Below are positions 9,070 through 18,130 of a DNA stretch of 64,000 nt, in pieces; within the stretch, counting starts at the first letter, position 1, and every line of letters begins with the position of its first letter. A program made the translations under genes and the position numbers. This DNA is from Escherichia phage JLBYU32, in sequence record OK272490.1; one strand, 5' to 3'. The notes below the pieces were generated by a model. That model was not told the origin of the DNA. It did no database searches and saw only the letters and a list, made by a program, of their open reading frames with translations.

Positions 9070-9582
9070 ATGAAAACTGTAGACGCTACTTTTGAAGTTG
9101 TAAAAGAAAAATTCACCATTATCTATGAAGCGGTAAATTGCTTTGAAGCAAGCCATAATCTTGATAATTGGAAGTTTACAGATGACCATCAAGGCGGTGT
9201 GACTATTAAAAACCCTAACTGTCAGCGTAACGATTTTAAATATGCAATTCCTTTAAATTATAGCCTTAAGCAGCTTTCTAGTGACTATGCAAAACAAGGC
9301 CGGGAAAACCCATCAAAAGAGGCTTATATCAGCTTACAGGAAGAAATAGAAAGAGATTTAGAGGCTTCAGAGTACAACCTTGCCGCGAAAGTTGTGGATG
9401 CAAACGGTAACACGGTTTTAGAAAGTTTTTATCTTGGTTATGCTTTCGATTGGTGCTATCGTGACGGCGATGATTTAGAGGATAGACTAAAAGAAGAGGT
9501 GAGCGATTCAGACGCAGAAACTGAAGTATTAGAACGTTTGGAATCGTTGAAAGACTCAGTGATGAATATCTTTAAGAACTAA
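9070..9582 (+). CDS. hypothetical protein with acidic C-terminus
   Basis: conserved GGAGATTCAAAAATG start module; D/E-rich C-terminal third. Confidence 0.55.
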   Translation: MKTVDATFEVVKEKFTIIYEAVNCFEASHNLDNWKFTDDHQGGVTIKNPNCQRNDFKYAIPLNYSLKQLSSDYAKQGRENPSKEAYISLQEEIERDLEASEYNLAAKVVDANGNTVLESFYLGYAFDWCYRDGDDLEDRLKEEVSDSDAETEVLERLESLKDSVMNIFKN

Positions 9583-9591
9583 ATAGATTTC

Positions 9592-9674
9592 TTTACACGG
9601 GGCTAACAAGCTGATATGATAGCCCCAGATAAAGAGATTTATCAAATAAAGCCCTTAAACTAGGAGATTCTAAA
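9592..9674 (+). repeat. intergenic cassette type A (variant)
   Basis: TTTACACGGGGCTAACAAGCTGATATGATAGCCCCAGATAAAGAG ... AAACTAGGAGATTCTAAAATG. Confidence 0.7.
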
Positions 9675-9971
9675 ATGAAATTATCGAATAAAGTTCGTGA
9701 AAATCTGAGCAAATTACTCAACAAAATTGATTTCATTGAAACATCAAGGAATAGCCATGATGTTATGGAATGGTTACACGGCAAAATAAAAGGTCGTCGT
9801 GTAGTGATTTGCTTATGGAATAGTTGCAGGGAGTATAAAAAACCTGTATTGCAAGTAAATATTTATGATGATACTTTTAAAAGTCCTGTAAAGTCTAAAA
9901 GTGATTTATTAGAATCCTATGAGATAACTTTAAATGGCAAAGTGTCACGTAAAGAGGAAACACCATGTTAA
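9675..9971 (+). CDS. hypothetical small protein
   Basis: ORF following cassette. Confidence 0.55.
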   Translation: MKLSNKVRENLSKLLNKIDFIETSRNSHDVMEWLHGKIKGRRVVICLWNSCREYKKPVLQVNIYDDTFKSPVKSKSDLLESYEITLNGKVSRKEETPC

Positions 9972-10297
9972 TGACTGGTATCACTGCAATCATTGCCATT
10001 TTCGCGCTATATAAGGCATATAAAGCCTATAATCTAGCAAATAAGGCAATCACACAGCAGGTTAGCAATAACCTTGTAGAAAGCTTTCTAGGGCGCCTCA
10101 GTGATGAGCAAATAAAGCGGCTAGAGATGAGCTTCAGATATAAAGCGAAAACCTATCAGATAAGTGACATCTTCAAAGATGATTTTCAGTTAGTCGATGA
10201 TTATAATTCACTGATAAATGCTTTAAATATCAGTGACTTGAAAGACTATTACGCTGTAATTGTTCAAGAATTGAGCAAACGAAAACAAAACAGTTGA
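9965..10297 (+). CDS. hypothetical protein with N-terminal hydrophobic helix
   Basis: ITAIIAIFALY hydrophobic segment; stop TGA lies inside the -35 of the next cassette promoter. Confidence 0.5.
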   Translation: MLMTGITAIIAIFALYKAYKAYNLANKAITQQVSNNLVESFLGRLSDEQIKRLEMSFRYKAKTYQISDIFKDDFQLVDDYNSLINALNISDLKDYYAVIVQELSKRKQNS

Positions 10298-10322
10298 CAC
10301 TGGTTTTTAGATAGATTAAATT
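10294..10322 (+). promoter_or_regulatory. sigma70-like promoter TTGACA-17-TAAATT (cassette type B)
   Basis: exact consensus -35, 17-bp spacer; duplicated at 11162. Confidence 0.6.
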
Positions 10323-10388
10323 ACACATCAACGGGGAGGGAATGACCTTCCCCACTAAGTAAAGTCCTTAAACTAGGAGATTCAAAAA
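10323..10388 (+). repeat. cassette type B hairpin + RBS (ACACATCAACGGGGAGGGAATGACCTTCCCCACTAAGTAAAGTCCTTAAACTAGGAGATTCAAAAA)
   Basis: GGGGAGGGAATGACCTTCCCC stem-loop; copies at 11191, 11758, 12352. Confidence 0.7.
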
Positions 10389-10661
10389 ATGTATACTACT
10401 AACAACGGTCGTACTCTAAATGTCACTCTACGTCACTACATCAACGGGGTGATGCACTTTGAAGACTTACAAGCTGAGCAACATATCTTAGATTGGCAAC
10501 TTGCAGGACTACAAAAAACTGCTACAGGATACGGGAAAAAGATTCCAACCAGTTGGAAAGTATACTACGAAGGCCGTTTGCGCAGAATTTATCAGGATGT
10601 GCAAAGCAATAGCGCATCGAGTTACATCATAGTAAAAGGTAAAAAGCTGCATTTAGTATAA
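10389..10661 (+). CDS. hypothetical small protein
   Basis: ORF after type B cassette. Confidence 0.55.
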   Translation: MYTTNNGRTLNVTLRHYINGVMHFEDLQAEQHILDWQLAGLQKTATGYGKKIPTSWKVYYEGRLRRIYQDVQSNSASSYIIVKGKKLHLV

Positions 10662-10747
10662 AGTACTTTACAAGGGGCTTATAGTTCGATAAAGTAAGCC
10701 CCAGATAAAGAGCTTTACCACTAAATCCTAAATTGGAGAACTTAAAA
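10661..10747 (+). repeat. intergenic cassette type A
   Basis: TAAAGTACTTTACAAGGGGCTTATAGTTCGATAAAGTAAGCCCCAGATAAAGAGCTTTACC, near identical to copy at 8603. Confidence 0.75.
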
Positions 10748-11152
10748 ATGACTATTAATAATCGCGAGTTATCAATCTTAAAAGCACGTTTGACCGTTAA
10801 CCGGATTAATGTTATTACGTCATCAGCACCGGACGAAACATTGCACAACATTATTGGGAAGATTCAAAGCGTTATCTTAGACGTTGAAAACGTAAAAAAC
10901 TCATTGGCTGACGTTGCAGCAGGTATCACGCTAGACGGTGCACAATATGAAATGTCAGACATGTTAGGCAAATCTAAGGTAATGAATAAAGAGTTAGATT
11001 TGAAAATGTTCCGATTTGCTGTTAAAGTGTGGCTATCTGTCGAGTATGACGCTAACTTTGCAATCGCTGACTTTTTCGCCACTTGGTTACAACGTAATTT
11101 GACAAATCATGATTTTCGTGGTATCTGTGATGCAATTTATGCAGAACTCTAA
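10748..11152 (+). CDS. hypothetical protein
   Basis: start moved to ATG at 10748 after GGAGAACTTAAAA module; track start at 10733 lies inside the RBS. Confidence 0.5.
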   Translation: MTINNRELSILKARLTVNRINVITSSAPDETLHNIIGKIQSVILDVENVKNSLADVAAGITLDGAQYEMSDMLGKSKVMNKELDLKMFRFAVKVWLSVEYDANFAIADFFATWLQRNLTNHDFRGICDAIYAEL

Positions 11153-11161
11153 AAAATTTTG

Positions 11162-11190
11162 TTGACACTGGTTTTCAGATAGATTAAATT
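11162..11190 (+). promoter_or_regulatory. sigma70-like promoter TTGACA-17-TAAATT (cassette type B copy)
   Basis: identical architecture to 10294-10322. Confidence 0.6.
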
Positions 11191-11253
11191 ACACATCAAC
11201 GGGGCGGGAATGAACTTCCCCACTAAATAAAGTCCTAAACTGGAGATTCAAAA
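11191..11253 (+). repeat. cassette type B hairpin + RBS
   Basis: GGGGCGGGAATGAACTTCCCC stem-loop then AAACTGGAGATTCAAAAATG. Confidence 0.7.
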
Positions 11254-11595
11254 ATGGCTTATGTAACCGTAATTACCGATAAAGCTGGCTCATCTTGGTC
11301 AACTCAAGTAAGCGATAAGATGTCACCTATGCAGTGCCTAAAATACTTTGAGCAGTGGAATAAAGGCGAGGATGTAAGCCCCTTTCAAGTAATGAAGGTT
11401 ATTCATGTAGACAATGAAGGGAAGAAAACAACGCTGAATAGTGAGTACTATGCAAGCCGTTTTGAAACGAGAAGTAAAACAATGAAACTTTTACGTGAGT
11501 CCGGTTATGCCCATATCGCCGCGTTAATCTGGGATGACCTGCTAAAAAACCAACGTATGAACTATGTAAAACCTGAAAAAATATTCATCAGTTAA
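11254..11595 (+). CDS. hypothetical protein
   Basis: ORF after type B cassette. Confidence 0.55.
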   Translation: MAYVTVITDKAGSSWSTQVSDKMSPMQCLKYFEQWNKGEDVSPFQVMKVIHVDNEGKKTTLNSEYYASRFETRSKTMKLLRESGYAHIAALIWDDLLKNQRMNYVKPEKIFIS

Positions 11596-11627
11596 TCAAT
11601 AACTTACAAAAAACTTTTAAAAAAGTA

Positions 11628-11656
11628 TTGACAATACCCCTTGACATTGGTAACTT
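11628..11656 (+). promoter_or_regulatory. candidate promoter TTGACA-17-TAACTT overlapped by palindrome GTATTGACAATAC
   Basis: perfect 13-bp palindrome centred on the -35; second TTGACA 8 bp downstream. Confidence 0.4.
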
Positions 11657-11724
11657 TGTTCGAGGGGGTTTATCTAAAAAGGATTAACTTAAAAGATTCT
11701 TTATAGATAAGCTTAAAAAATTGC

Positions 11725-11753
11725 TTGCAATCAGATATCAAAACAAGTAAATT
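11725..11753 (+). promoter_or_regulatory. sigma70-like promoter TTGCAA-17-TAAATT
   Basis: same -10 and spacing as type B cassette promoters; followed by type B hairpin. Confidence 0.5.
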
Positions 11754-11757
11754 ACTA

Positions 11758-11815
11758 ATCAACGGGAGGGAATGACCTTCCCCACTAAGTAAAGTCCTAA
11801 ACTGGAGATTCAAAA
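11758..11815 (+). repeat. cassette type B hairpin + RBS
   Basis: AATCAACGGGAGGGAATGACCTTCCCCACTAAGTAAAGTCCTAAACTGGAGATTCAAAA. Confidence 0.7.
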
Positions 11816-12346
11816 ATGAACAAGTTCAAAGCTATCAACTTCATTCGTTCAAATGCTGTAATGTCCAAGCCTGTTAAAGACACCTATGAATTTCGTTGCA
11901 ATGGTGAACATTTCGCAACCATCACCAAATCAGAAAACGGGGCTTATTATATCCATCGTCGTAATGTTTCTACCGTTGTAGTTTCTAACTTTATGCAAGC
12001 TGTAGCGGAACTCCTCCCGCTCTTCATGGAAAAGTATGCCGTACAATGTGAAAGTGTTCGTGAATGCACTAAATCAGTACTTAACGGTTATCGTATGGCT
12101 TACGAGCGCTCTTTAAAGAATCTCAATAAGTACTACAAAGCACCAGAAGGTACTACCTCGACAGCCTACGGGGTAGGGGGCTTCAATGTTAGCCTTTACG
12201 AAGTGGAAGAAATCGAGCTTTACGACCATCGCCCAAATGGTTACGCTAAAACACTGGGGGAAGGGTTAATGATGAATATCAAGAACTTAGAAAAAACTTT
12301 AAGAGAAATTGAAAAAGACATTGACGAGACAATCAAAAATCTGTAA
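11816..12346 (+). CDS. hypothetical protein
   Basis: ORF after cassette. Confidence 0.55.
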   Translation: MNKFKAINFIRSNAVMSKPVKDTYEFRCNGEHFATITKSENGAYYIHRRNVSTVVVSNFMQAVAELLPLFMEKYAVQCESVRECTKSVLNGYRMAYERSLKNLNKYYKAPEGTTSTAYGVGGFNVSLYEVEEIELYDHRPNGYAKTLGEGLMMNIKNLEKTLREIEKDIDETIKNL

Positions 12347-12349
12347 ATT
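12321..12349 (+). promoter_or_regulatory. sigma70-like promoter TTGACG-17-TAAATT inside 3' end of upstream gene
   Basis: same -10/spacing as cassette promoters; precedes type B hairpin. Confidence 0.5.
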
Positions 12350-12351
12350 GT

Positions 12352-12414
12352 CAATCAACGGGGAGGTAATGAACTTCCCCACTACATAAAACCCTTAAAC
12401 TAGGAGATTCAAAA
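12352..12414 (+). repeat. cassette type B hairpin + RBS
   Basis: GGGGAGGTAATGAACTTCCCC stem-loop then AAACTAGGAGATTCAAAAATG. Confidence 0.7.
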
Positions 12415-12663
12415 ATGGCAACTATTCGCGCTACTGTTAACGAATTTGGTTTTTCCTCTCTGGATGTTAAATTTGACATTGTAGGCACTGATAACGCCTT
12501 TGAAATGGTGAAAGGTCTTATCAGTCAGACTATCAAAGGCTATAATCCTTCGGAAGAGTTCTGGGAGGAAACAAAACAAGAAGTTCTCAAGGATGGTTAT
12601 ACTTATCACTATTGGGGAGAAAAAATCGTCTCCCTGTACTACAACAAACAAGATTATAACTAA
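12415..12663 (+). CDS. hypothetical small protein
   Basis: ORF after cassette; last gene of + strand array. Confidence 0.55.
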   Translation: MATIRATVNEFGFSSLDVKFDIVGTDNAFEMVKGLISQTIKGYNPSEEFWEETKQEVLKDGYTYHYWGEKIVSLYYNKQDYN

Positions 12664-14434
12664 TCGACGCAGCGGGGCTAAATAGCCCCAGATACCTTTA
12701 CAGCCCCTTTATTTAGATTCGATAGAGTCTATCTCATAGGGGCTTTTTTACGTCCTATCAAATCCCTTATACAATCCCTTTCCCTTTCCTTTCCAGAATC
12801 TTATCAGACCTTAAAAAGCAATAACTCTATAGTCTACTCTATAGCCTACTCTATAGCCTTTTATCAAATCAACTTAAATATAAGCCCATAACCCGAAAGG
12901 GAAGGGCAACCATTTAAACGCTCTATAAAGCCCTATAACAGCCTTATCAACCTAACTTAAGGGATTGCATTACCTCACCCTTAAAAGCCCTTTATAAAGC
13001 TTCCCAGAGCCTTAAAAGAATCTTATAAGGGTGTAAGCTTTATCATCTCGTTAGCTATCTTGTGAACTACTAAACAACCCCCTTGATAGTCACTAAAAAG
13101 TATGTTATAGGGGCTTTAAAGTTGCTTAAAAGTAGCTTAAAAGTTACTTCAAAGTTACGTAAATGCTAGCCCCCTTAACATTTTCTTAACAATTTCTTAA
13201 CAAACCCTACATAGTTATGCTTGTTAGCAACTTGTTAGCCCCTTGTTAAATCTCTGTTAAGACCACGTAAAAGCCTTGTAAGAGTCTTTGACATAGCCTT
13301 TAAAGCCCCTGTAAAGCCCTATAAAGAGCTATCTGTACAGTTGGGCTGTAGTTACTAGGGAGAGACTTAAAAGGGGCTATACAGAGCTATACAGAGCTTT
13401 TAAGAGGTATGTTTAGAGAATCACTAAGAAAGGAAAGGGAACGATAAGAAAAGATAGTTGTGTTTGTAAACAACCACTGTGACCATGTTAATAGCTTGTT
13501 AAAAAGGTTAAACACTTGTTAGGAACTTGTTAATTATCTTAACAAAATAACTCTTAAAAATTAACTTGTTAGCTCTTGTTAGTCATCTGTTAAGATTCTG
13601 TAAAGACTATTCAGCACTTGTTAATTGGTATTGTTACCAATCCCTAGAAAACTGTTACAGCCTTGTTAGTTCTGTTAAGAATCTGTTAAGACCTTTGAAG
13701 AATTGTTAAGAAGATGTGAGAACTGTTAAGAGATTGTTAAGGATATTTTAAAATTCTGCAAAGGGGGTGTTAAGGAGCTGTTAAGGGCTACCAAGCAGAT
13801 ATACATCTTCTACAGATATTTTTCAGTTCCTTCAAAGACCCTAAAAAATGACTTGATAGTCCTATTTTATAAAAATTTTAAAAATCTGAATAATTACCTA
13901 TACAGTCTTTTAAAAATACAGGTAGAAACAGGCTTATAAGATACCTTGTTAGTACCGTGTTAGACCTTGTGAGATAAGGTCTGTAAAGATATTCCTGTTA
14001 AGTTTGTTAAAACAGTCTATATAGAGGCTTAGTAATACCTAGTGAACACCTATAGAGGGTGACATAGCTGACATAGAGATTAAGAGGTGTATAGGAGCTT
14101 CTAAGAGTGTGTAGAGAGATGGTTAAGGTGATTGTATAGGTTGTTTAGAAGGCTTGTTAGAAGAGTGTTTAGAAGGCTTGTTAGAGGGCTTGTTAGAAGG
14201 GTTATACAGAGGGGCTATTAAGACCACTAGATAGTTACTAAGATACTATATAGTACTATATAACTATATATATATAGAGAGTAAGATTAAGAAGGTTGTT
14301 AAGAAGGATAGATATTTGTTCACATATGATGGTGACCCAGAGGTTGGGACAACCGATAAAATTTTATAAAAAGTATAAATTTCGTAAATTTTACTCAATA
14401 AAAAGCCCCCGATTAAGGAGGCTCTTAAGATATT
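12664..14434. repeat. 1.7 kb ORF-free, repeat-dense region between convergent gene blocks
   Basis: no ORF >=60 aa on either strand; tandem CTCTATAG(T/C)CTA x3 (~12826-12860), GCTTGTTAGA(A/G)G x4 (~14143-14200), dozens of YTGTTAR units, TATATA tract ~14246-14280. Confidence 0.8.
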
Positions 14435-15058
14435 TTAAATCAGTGTTTCCAGAACTGTTTTAAGGGATGACTTAGTTGTCTGATAAAAATGAGTGAATCC
14501 GTTGTTGTTATCGAATATCTGCATCATGATATCATCTCCCTTGATTGGGTATACTCGGATATCATAGTGAAAACCATTAAAGACACAAGACCCATTACAG
14601 AATGCACTAAAGTCATCCACTGAGATATACTCTTCATGTCCTGTGATTTTTATACAAACACCTTTACTCGGTCTCTTAGGGTTGATATCTTCCATCACAG
14701 ACATACTCTGTCCACCAAGAGACACCATAGTGACCACTTTACGGTTCTTCTGTCTAAAGTACATCTTAACTTTCTGCAAAGTGTCTTCATAGAACGGATA
14801 AGACCTTTCTACAAAGATTCCTTCAAGTGGCTCTTTACCATTTTCAACTTCTCGGTTATGCCGTACTGCAAAGATAATTTGTTCGAACCAGTCAAGATTT
14901 TCTTCGGAGAGTGCTTCCCGAACATCCTTCCAGTCAAGTACTAAGTAGTTACCTTCAACTTCTTTTAAGTTATCTTTTTCCATATCTATCACACCATTAT
15001 CGTAAAACTTGATATTCTGGTACTGCGAATTTATTACTATTGTTCTTGATGAGGTCAT
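14435..15058 (-). CDS. hypothetical protein
   Basis: first gene of - strand block; 207 aa. Confidence 0.5.
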   Translation of the reverse strand: MTSSRTIVINSQYQNIKFYDNGVIDMEKDNLKEVEGNYLVLDWKDVREALSEENLDWFEQIIFAVRHNREVENGKEPLEGIFVERSYPFYEDTLQKVKMYFRQKNRKVVTMVSLGGQSMSVMEDINPKRPSKGVCIKITGHEEYISVDDFSAFCNGSCVFNGFHYDIRVYPIKGDDIMMQIFDNNNGFTHFYQTTKSSLKTVLETLI

Positions 15059-15461
15059 CTTCTGAAACTAAAAATGTAACCCCACATAAGTGTCTGTAAC
15101 GACTATCATACTCGAATATCTTAAACAGATATTTACCATCATGATAAACCTGTTGCACTTCGCCTTCTGCAACAATCTCGCCTGTAATAAAATTTTTTAG
15201 TTTATACACATTACCAACTTTAGGTACTGTTTTCATCTCAGGCTCTTTTAGTGCTACACCTATTTTTGCATCACCGAGTAAGTGAGAACTTTCAAACGCT
15301 ACATATTGCATATAAGCCTCTGAGCATTCCCAGATAAAACAGTGTACAAGAACCTTAGCAGCATGTCTTGAGCAATTCAACTTATCACAAATCTCTTTGT
15401 ACATGTCATCTTTAGTTGAGTTGTCAAGCATTGCTTTTTGAACGACTTCTTTAATTTTCAT
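14997..15461 (-). CDS. hypothetical protein
   Basis: ORF. Confidence 0.5.
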   Translation of the reverse strand: MKIKEVVQKAMLDNSTKDDMYKEICDKLNCSRHAAKVLVHCFIWECSEAYMQYVAFESSHLLGDAKIGVALKEPEMKTVPKVGNVYKLKNFITGEIVAEGEVQQVYHDGKYLFKIFEYDSRYRHLCGVTFLVSEDDLIKNNSNKFAVPEYQVLR

Positions 15462-15491
15462 AAACTCTTTACCTATATAACCTTTCGTTTC

Positions 15492-15764
15492 TTAAAGCCT
15501 ATCAATTTGAAATTCTTCAGGTAACTCAGCAACCACTTTTAAATAGTAAGCGTCAGAGATTGTATGCTTTGTCTCATAGCTACCATTCTTAATCCAGTTA
15601 TAATTTTCTGGTACTCCATCATCATTACAGAAACCTGAGTACATAATTGCTCTGTGGATTATATTTTTATTAGAGTATGCAACATCTACAATATAGTATG
15701 TTTTTTCTTTCCAACCACCTTCAGGTTTACAAATACCTGAGATACCTTCTAATTCTGGTGTCAT
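15492..15764 (-). CDS. hypothetical protein
   Basis: ORF. Confidence 0.5.
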   Translation of the reverse strand: MTPELEGISGICKPEGGWKEKTYYIVDVAYSNKNIIHRAIMYSGFCNDDGVPENYNWIKNGSYETKHTISDAYYLKVVAELPEEFQIDRL

Positions 15765-15820
15765 TTCGCTACCTTCTAAGTTTCTATAAAGGGGCTATCA
15801 AGTAACCCCTCAAGCTACTA

Positions 15821-16042
15821 CTAAGACTTTTCAGTCTTCTTGTCGGATTTCTTACTAGTCTTCTTCTCAGCTTTCTGTTCAGGTTCCTTTTCAGGAGTTG
15901 CCTTGATAACCATATCAAGAAGCTCTGATAAGTCACTCTTCAGCAAAGTAACAGGCTGCTCATTGTAGAAGTTTTTGTCAAGATAAACTTTGAACTCTTC
16001 AATAGATGGAAATCCAAAAATTGGTACAGGTGTCTTAATCAT
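15821..16042 (-). CDS. hypothetical protein with lysine-rich C-terminal tail
   Basis: ORF; KAEKKTSKKSDKKTEKS tail. Confidence 0.45.
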   Translation of the reverse strand: MIKTPVPIFGFPSIEEFKVYLDKNFYNEQPVTLLKSDLSELLDMVIKATPEKEPEQKAEKKTSKKSDKKTEKS

Positions 16043-16118
16043 TACTTAGTTTCTCCATAGGCATCTTTTAAGATTGCCTTGTTAATCATTTCAGCGATTG
16101 CAAAACGAACACATACAG

Positions 16119-16652
16119 CTATAATTGTAGGTTGCATTCTTTACTTACCTCTTCAAGTTTAACCTCAGAGTCCTTAAGTCGTTTCTTATGAACTCTGAAC
16201 CTCATTAGTGAGATGATGATACCAGCTAAAGGAACAGTATACAAGTACCAAACATCATGTACCTTTGCAGTAATCTGTGTAATGGTCAAGTCTTGAGATA
16301 TACAACTGATTGCTGATACTGCCAGTAACATTGCTAAGAAGAACGCCAGTACCATAACAATACTCAGGCATCCTCTGGCATGGTGTTCATGCTTAATGCA
16401 CTTATTCTTTTCGTCAACAACTCTGTTGTAGTCATTTGTAAAGTCTCTGTAGAAAGCTTTCAAGTATTCTTGAGTGTAGCCTTCAAAGCAACCTGTACCG
16501 TACCAATAATCACCACCAAAATGTGCTATGATACCAGTCTCTCCATTTGGTTTGGTTACTCTTAGTGAAGTATGATGACCAGTCTTCTGATAATCTATCT
16601 TGTATCTTTCTTCGTAAATCATTTCCCAACCCCTCTCAATCGTTTGTTCCAC
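16119..16652 (-). CDS. hypothetical membrane protein (soluble N-domain + two predicted TM helices)
   Basis: hydrophobic segments LSIVMVLAFFLAMLLAVSAISCI and LYTVPLAGIIISL. Confidence 0.5.
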   Translation of the reverse strand: MEQTIERGWEMIYEERYKIDYQKTGHHTSLRVTKPNGETGIIAHFGGDYWYGTGCFEGYTQEYLKAFYRDFTNDYNRVVDEKNKCIKHEHHARGCLSIVMVLAFFLAMLLAVSAISCISQDLTITQITAKVHDVWYLYTVPLAGIIISLMRFRVHKKRLKDSEVKLEEVSKECNLQL

Positions 16653-16837
16653 TCAAGGTCAACAAGTCTTTGCAGGACTTTCCCTCTAGGTGTTACACCT
16701 TTTAAATCTGCATCGTAGCAACGGTAAAAGTCACCTTCAGCGTGTTTACCATAGCATTTTCTGATATTCTGACTCCTACGATATTGTTCTAATAGGGACA
16801 GTTTGTAGTAATCTTCAACTGTAGTTAGTTTTTTCAT
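16619..16837 (-). CDS. hypothetical protein
   Basis: ORF. Confidence 0.4.
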   Translation of the reverse strand: MKKLTTVEDYYKLSLLEQYRRSQNIRKCYGKHAEGDFYRCYDADLKGVTPRGKVLQRLVDLEWNKRLRGVGK

Positions 16838-16909
16838 TTTTCACCACGCATCTTCTTAAGAAGCTAAAAAGGGAACTACCTCTCGATAGCTCCCATTATA
16901 GTCAATATT

Positions 16910-17500
16910 TTATACTCGGCAAGAGTACTTCTTAGGCATTAATGCACTGCGTTTGCTACTTTCTTCACTCAATAGTGCGATAAAGTCATCACCTTTACCT
17001 TTCCACGGGCTGAATGAAGGGATATGCTCACGAATAGCCTCAATAACCGTCTTAAGTGCTGTGTTCTTCATCCACCAATCAGAATCTGCTGATGCAACCA
17101 CGTAGTATCCACCGTCATCAGTTAAAATTGGCTCTGAAATACATGGTGAAATCAAAGTGGTGATGATTGAACCGTTGTTCATGTAGTATGTGCGCTTCAT
17201 AACCTTTTCAAGAAGCTTGTGAAGGTCACCAAACAGTGTTACAAGTTCTTTGTGGTCAATGTCTTTTTCTAGGTTTGCTCGATACTTCAATAGTGCAGCA
17301 TCAACCTCTCTGTCATTAAACTTGAAATATTGAACTTCATCAACAAGGCAAACACTTATGTTGTTAACATTCATAGTCAGCTTGCAAACTTTTGCAGGAG
17401 AGTTGATGCTTGGTTGAAAAAGTGCAACACACCCTTCAATATTTCCAAAGTGTTGTACAAGTGTTACTTGTGGAATGATATCCTGTTGCTCTTCGGACAT
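16910..17500 (-). CDS. hypothetical protein
   Basis: ORF. Confidence 0.5.
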   Translation of the reverse strand: MSEEQQDIIPQVTLVQHFGNIEGCVALFQPSINSPAKVCKLTMNVNNISVCLVDEVQYFKFNDREVDAALLKYRANLEKDIDHKELVTLFGDLHKLLEKVMKRTYYMNNGSIITTLISPCISEPILTDDGGYYVVASADSDWWMKNTALKTVIEAIREHIPSFSPWKGKGDDFIALLSEESSKRSALMPKKYSCRV

Positions 17501-17844
17501 TACAGTTTCCTCATTAAATATTTTTTAAGTTGTGTGTTAGGTTTCTCAAAAACTTCTATAGAAGATATCTTGACAGCTTCACCACGCATACCAGTATGTT
17601 TGAATATATAGTACTCTAACATCCCTATGTACTTTGCTGGCAAGTCATGCTTGACATACACCGTCACAGAATCTTCAAATTCGACAACCTTTGTACCATC
17701 TTTATAGTTGAACTCTTTAGGATGGTTGTAGTTGTCTATGTCATACATTAAAAAGAGTCTTTTCCGTTGCATGTCAAGCTTATTGGTTAAAGACTCTTTG
17801 ATATCTGAGAAGTTTTTGTAAACTGTGACATGGAGCTTACTCAT
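17500..17844 (-). CDS. hypothetical protein
   Basis: ORF with overlapping start/stop. Confidence 0.5.
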   Translation of the reverse strand: MSKLHVTVYKNFSDIKESLTNKLDMQRKRLFLMYDIDNYNHPKEFNYKDGTKVVEFEDSVTVYVKHDLPAKYIGMLEYYIFKHTGMRGEAVKISSIEVFEKPNTQLKKYLMRKL

Positions 17845-18130
17845 CGTTAAACTCTCTGACGAAGAAATAGTTGACTTTGTTATTACCTACCATAAGGTCA
17901 AAGCAGGTATTCTCAAAAGGCTTGTTGTAGGCATCATAAGAAGTATATGTATCAGCTACTTGTTTAGTATTCAGCTTTTTACTTGATGGGTTTAAGAGAC
18001 CACCATACAACTTCTTGATAGCCTCTTCTACAACAGACCAGATGATTTCGTCAGTAATTTCTTCGTACAGGTCAAGTTCACGCTCTAGTGAGAAGTCACA
18101 AATAGGGAAGATAACCTGTACTTTGCTCAT
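17837..18130 (-). CDS. hypothetical protein
   Basis: ORF. Confidence 0.5.
   Translation of the reverse strand: MSKVQVIFPICDFSLERELDLYEEITDEIIWSVVEEAIKKLYGGLLNPSSKKLNTKQVADTYTSYDAYNKPFENTCFDLMVGNNKVNYFFVREFNDE

Noticed and set aside
12664-14434. Possible CRISPR array, given the many short repeats
   Set aside because: Repeat units are short (8-12 bp), degenerate, irregularly spaced and of several types; no uniform 25-40 bp repeats with unique spacers and no cas genes nearby.
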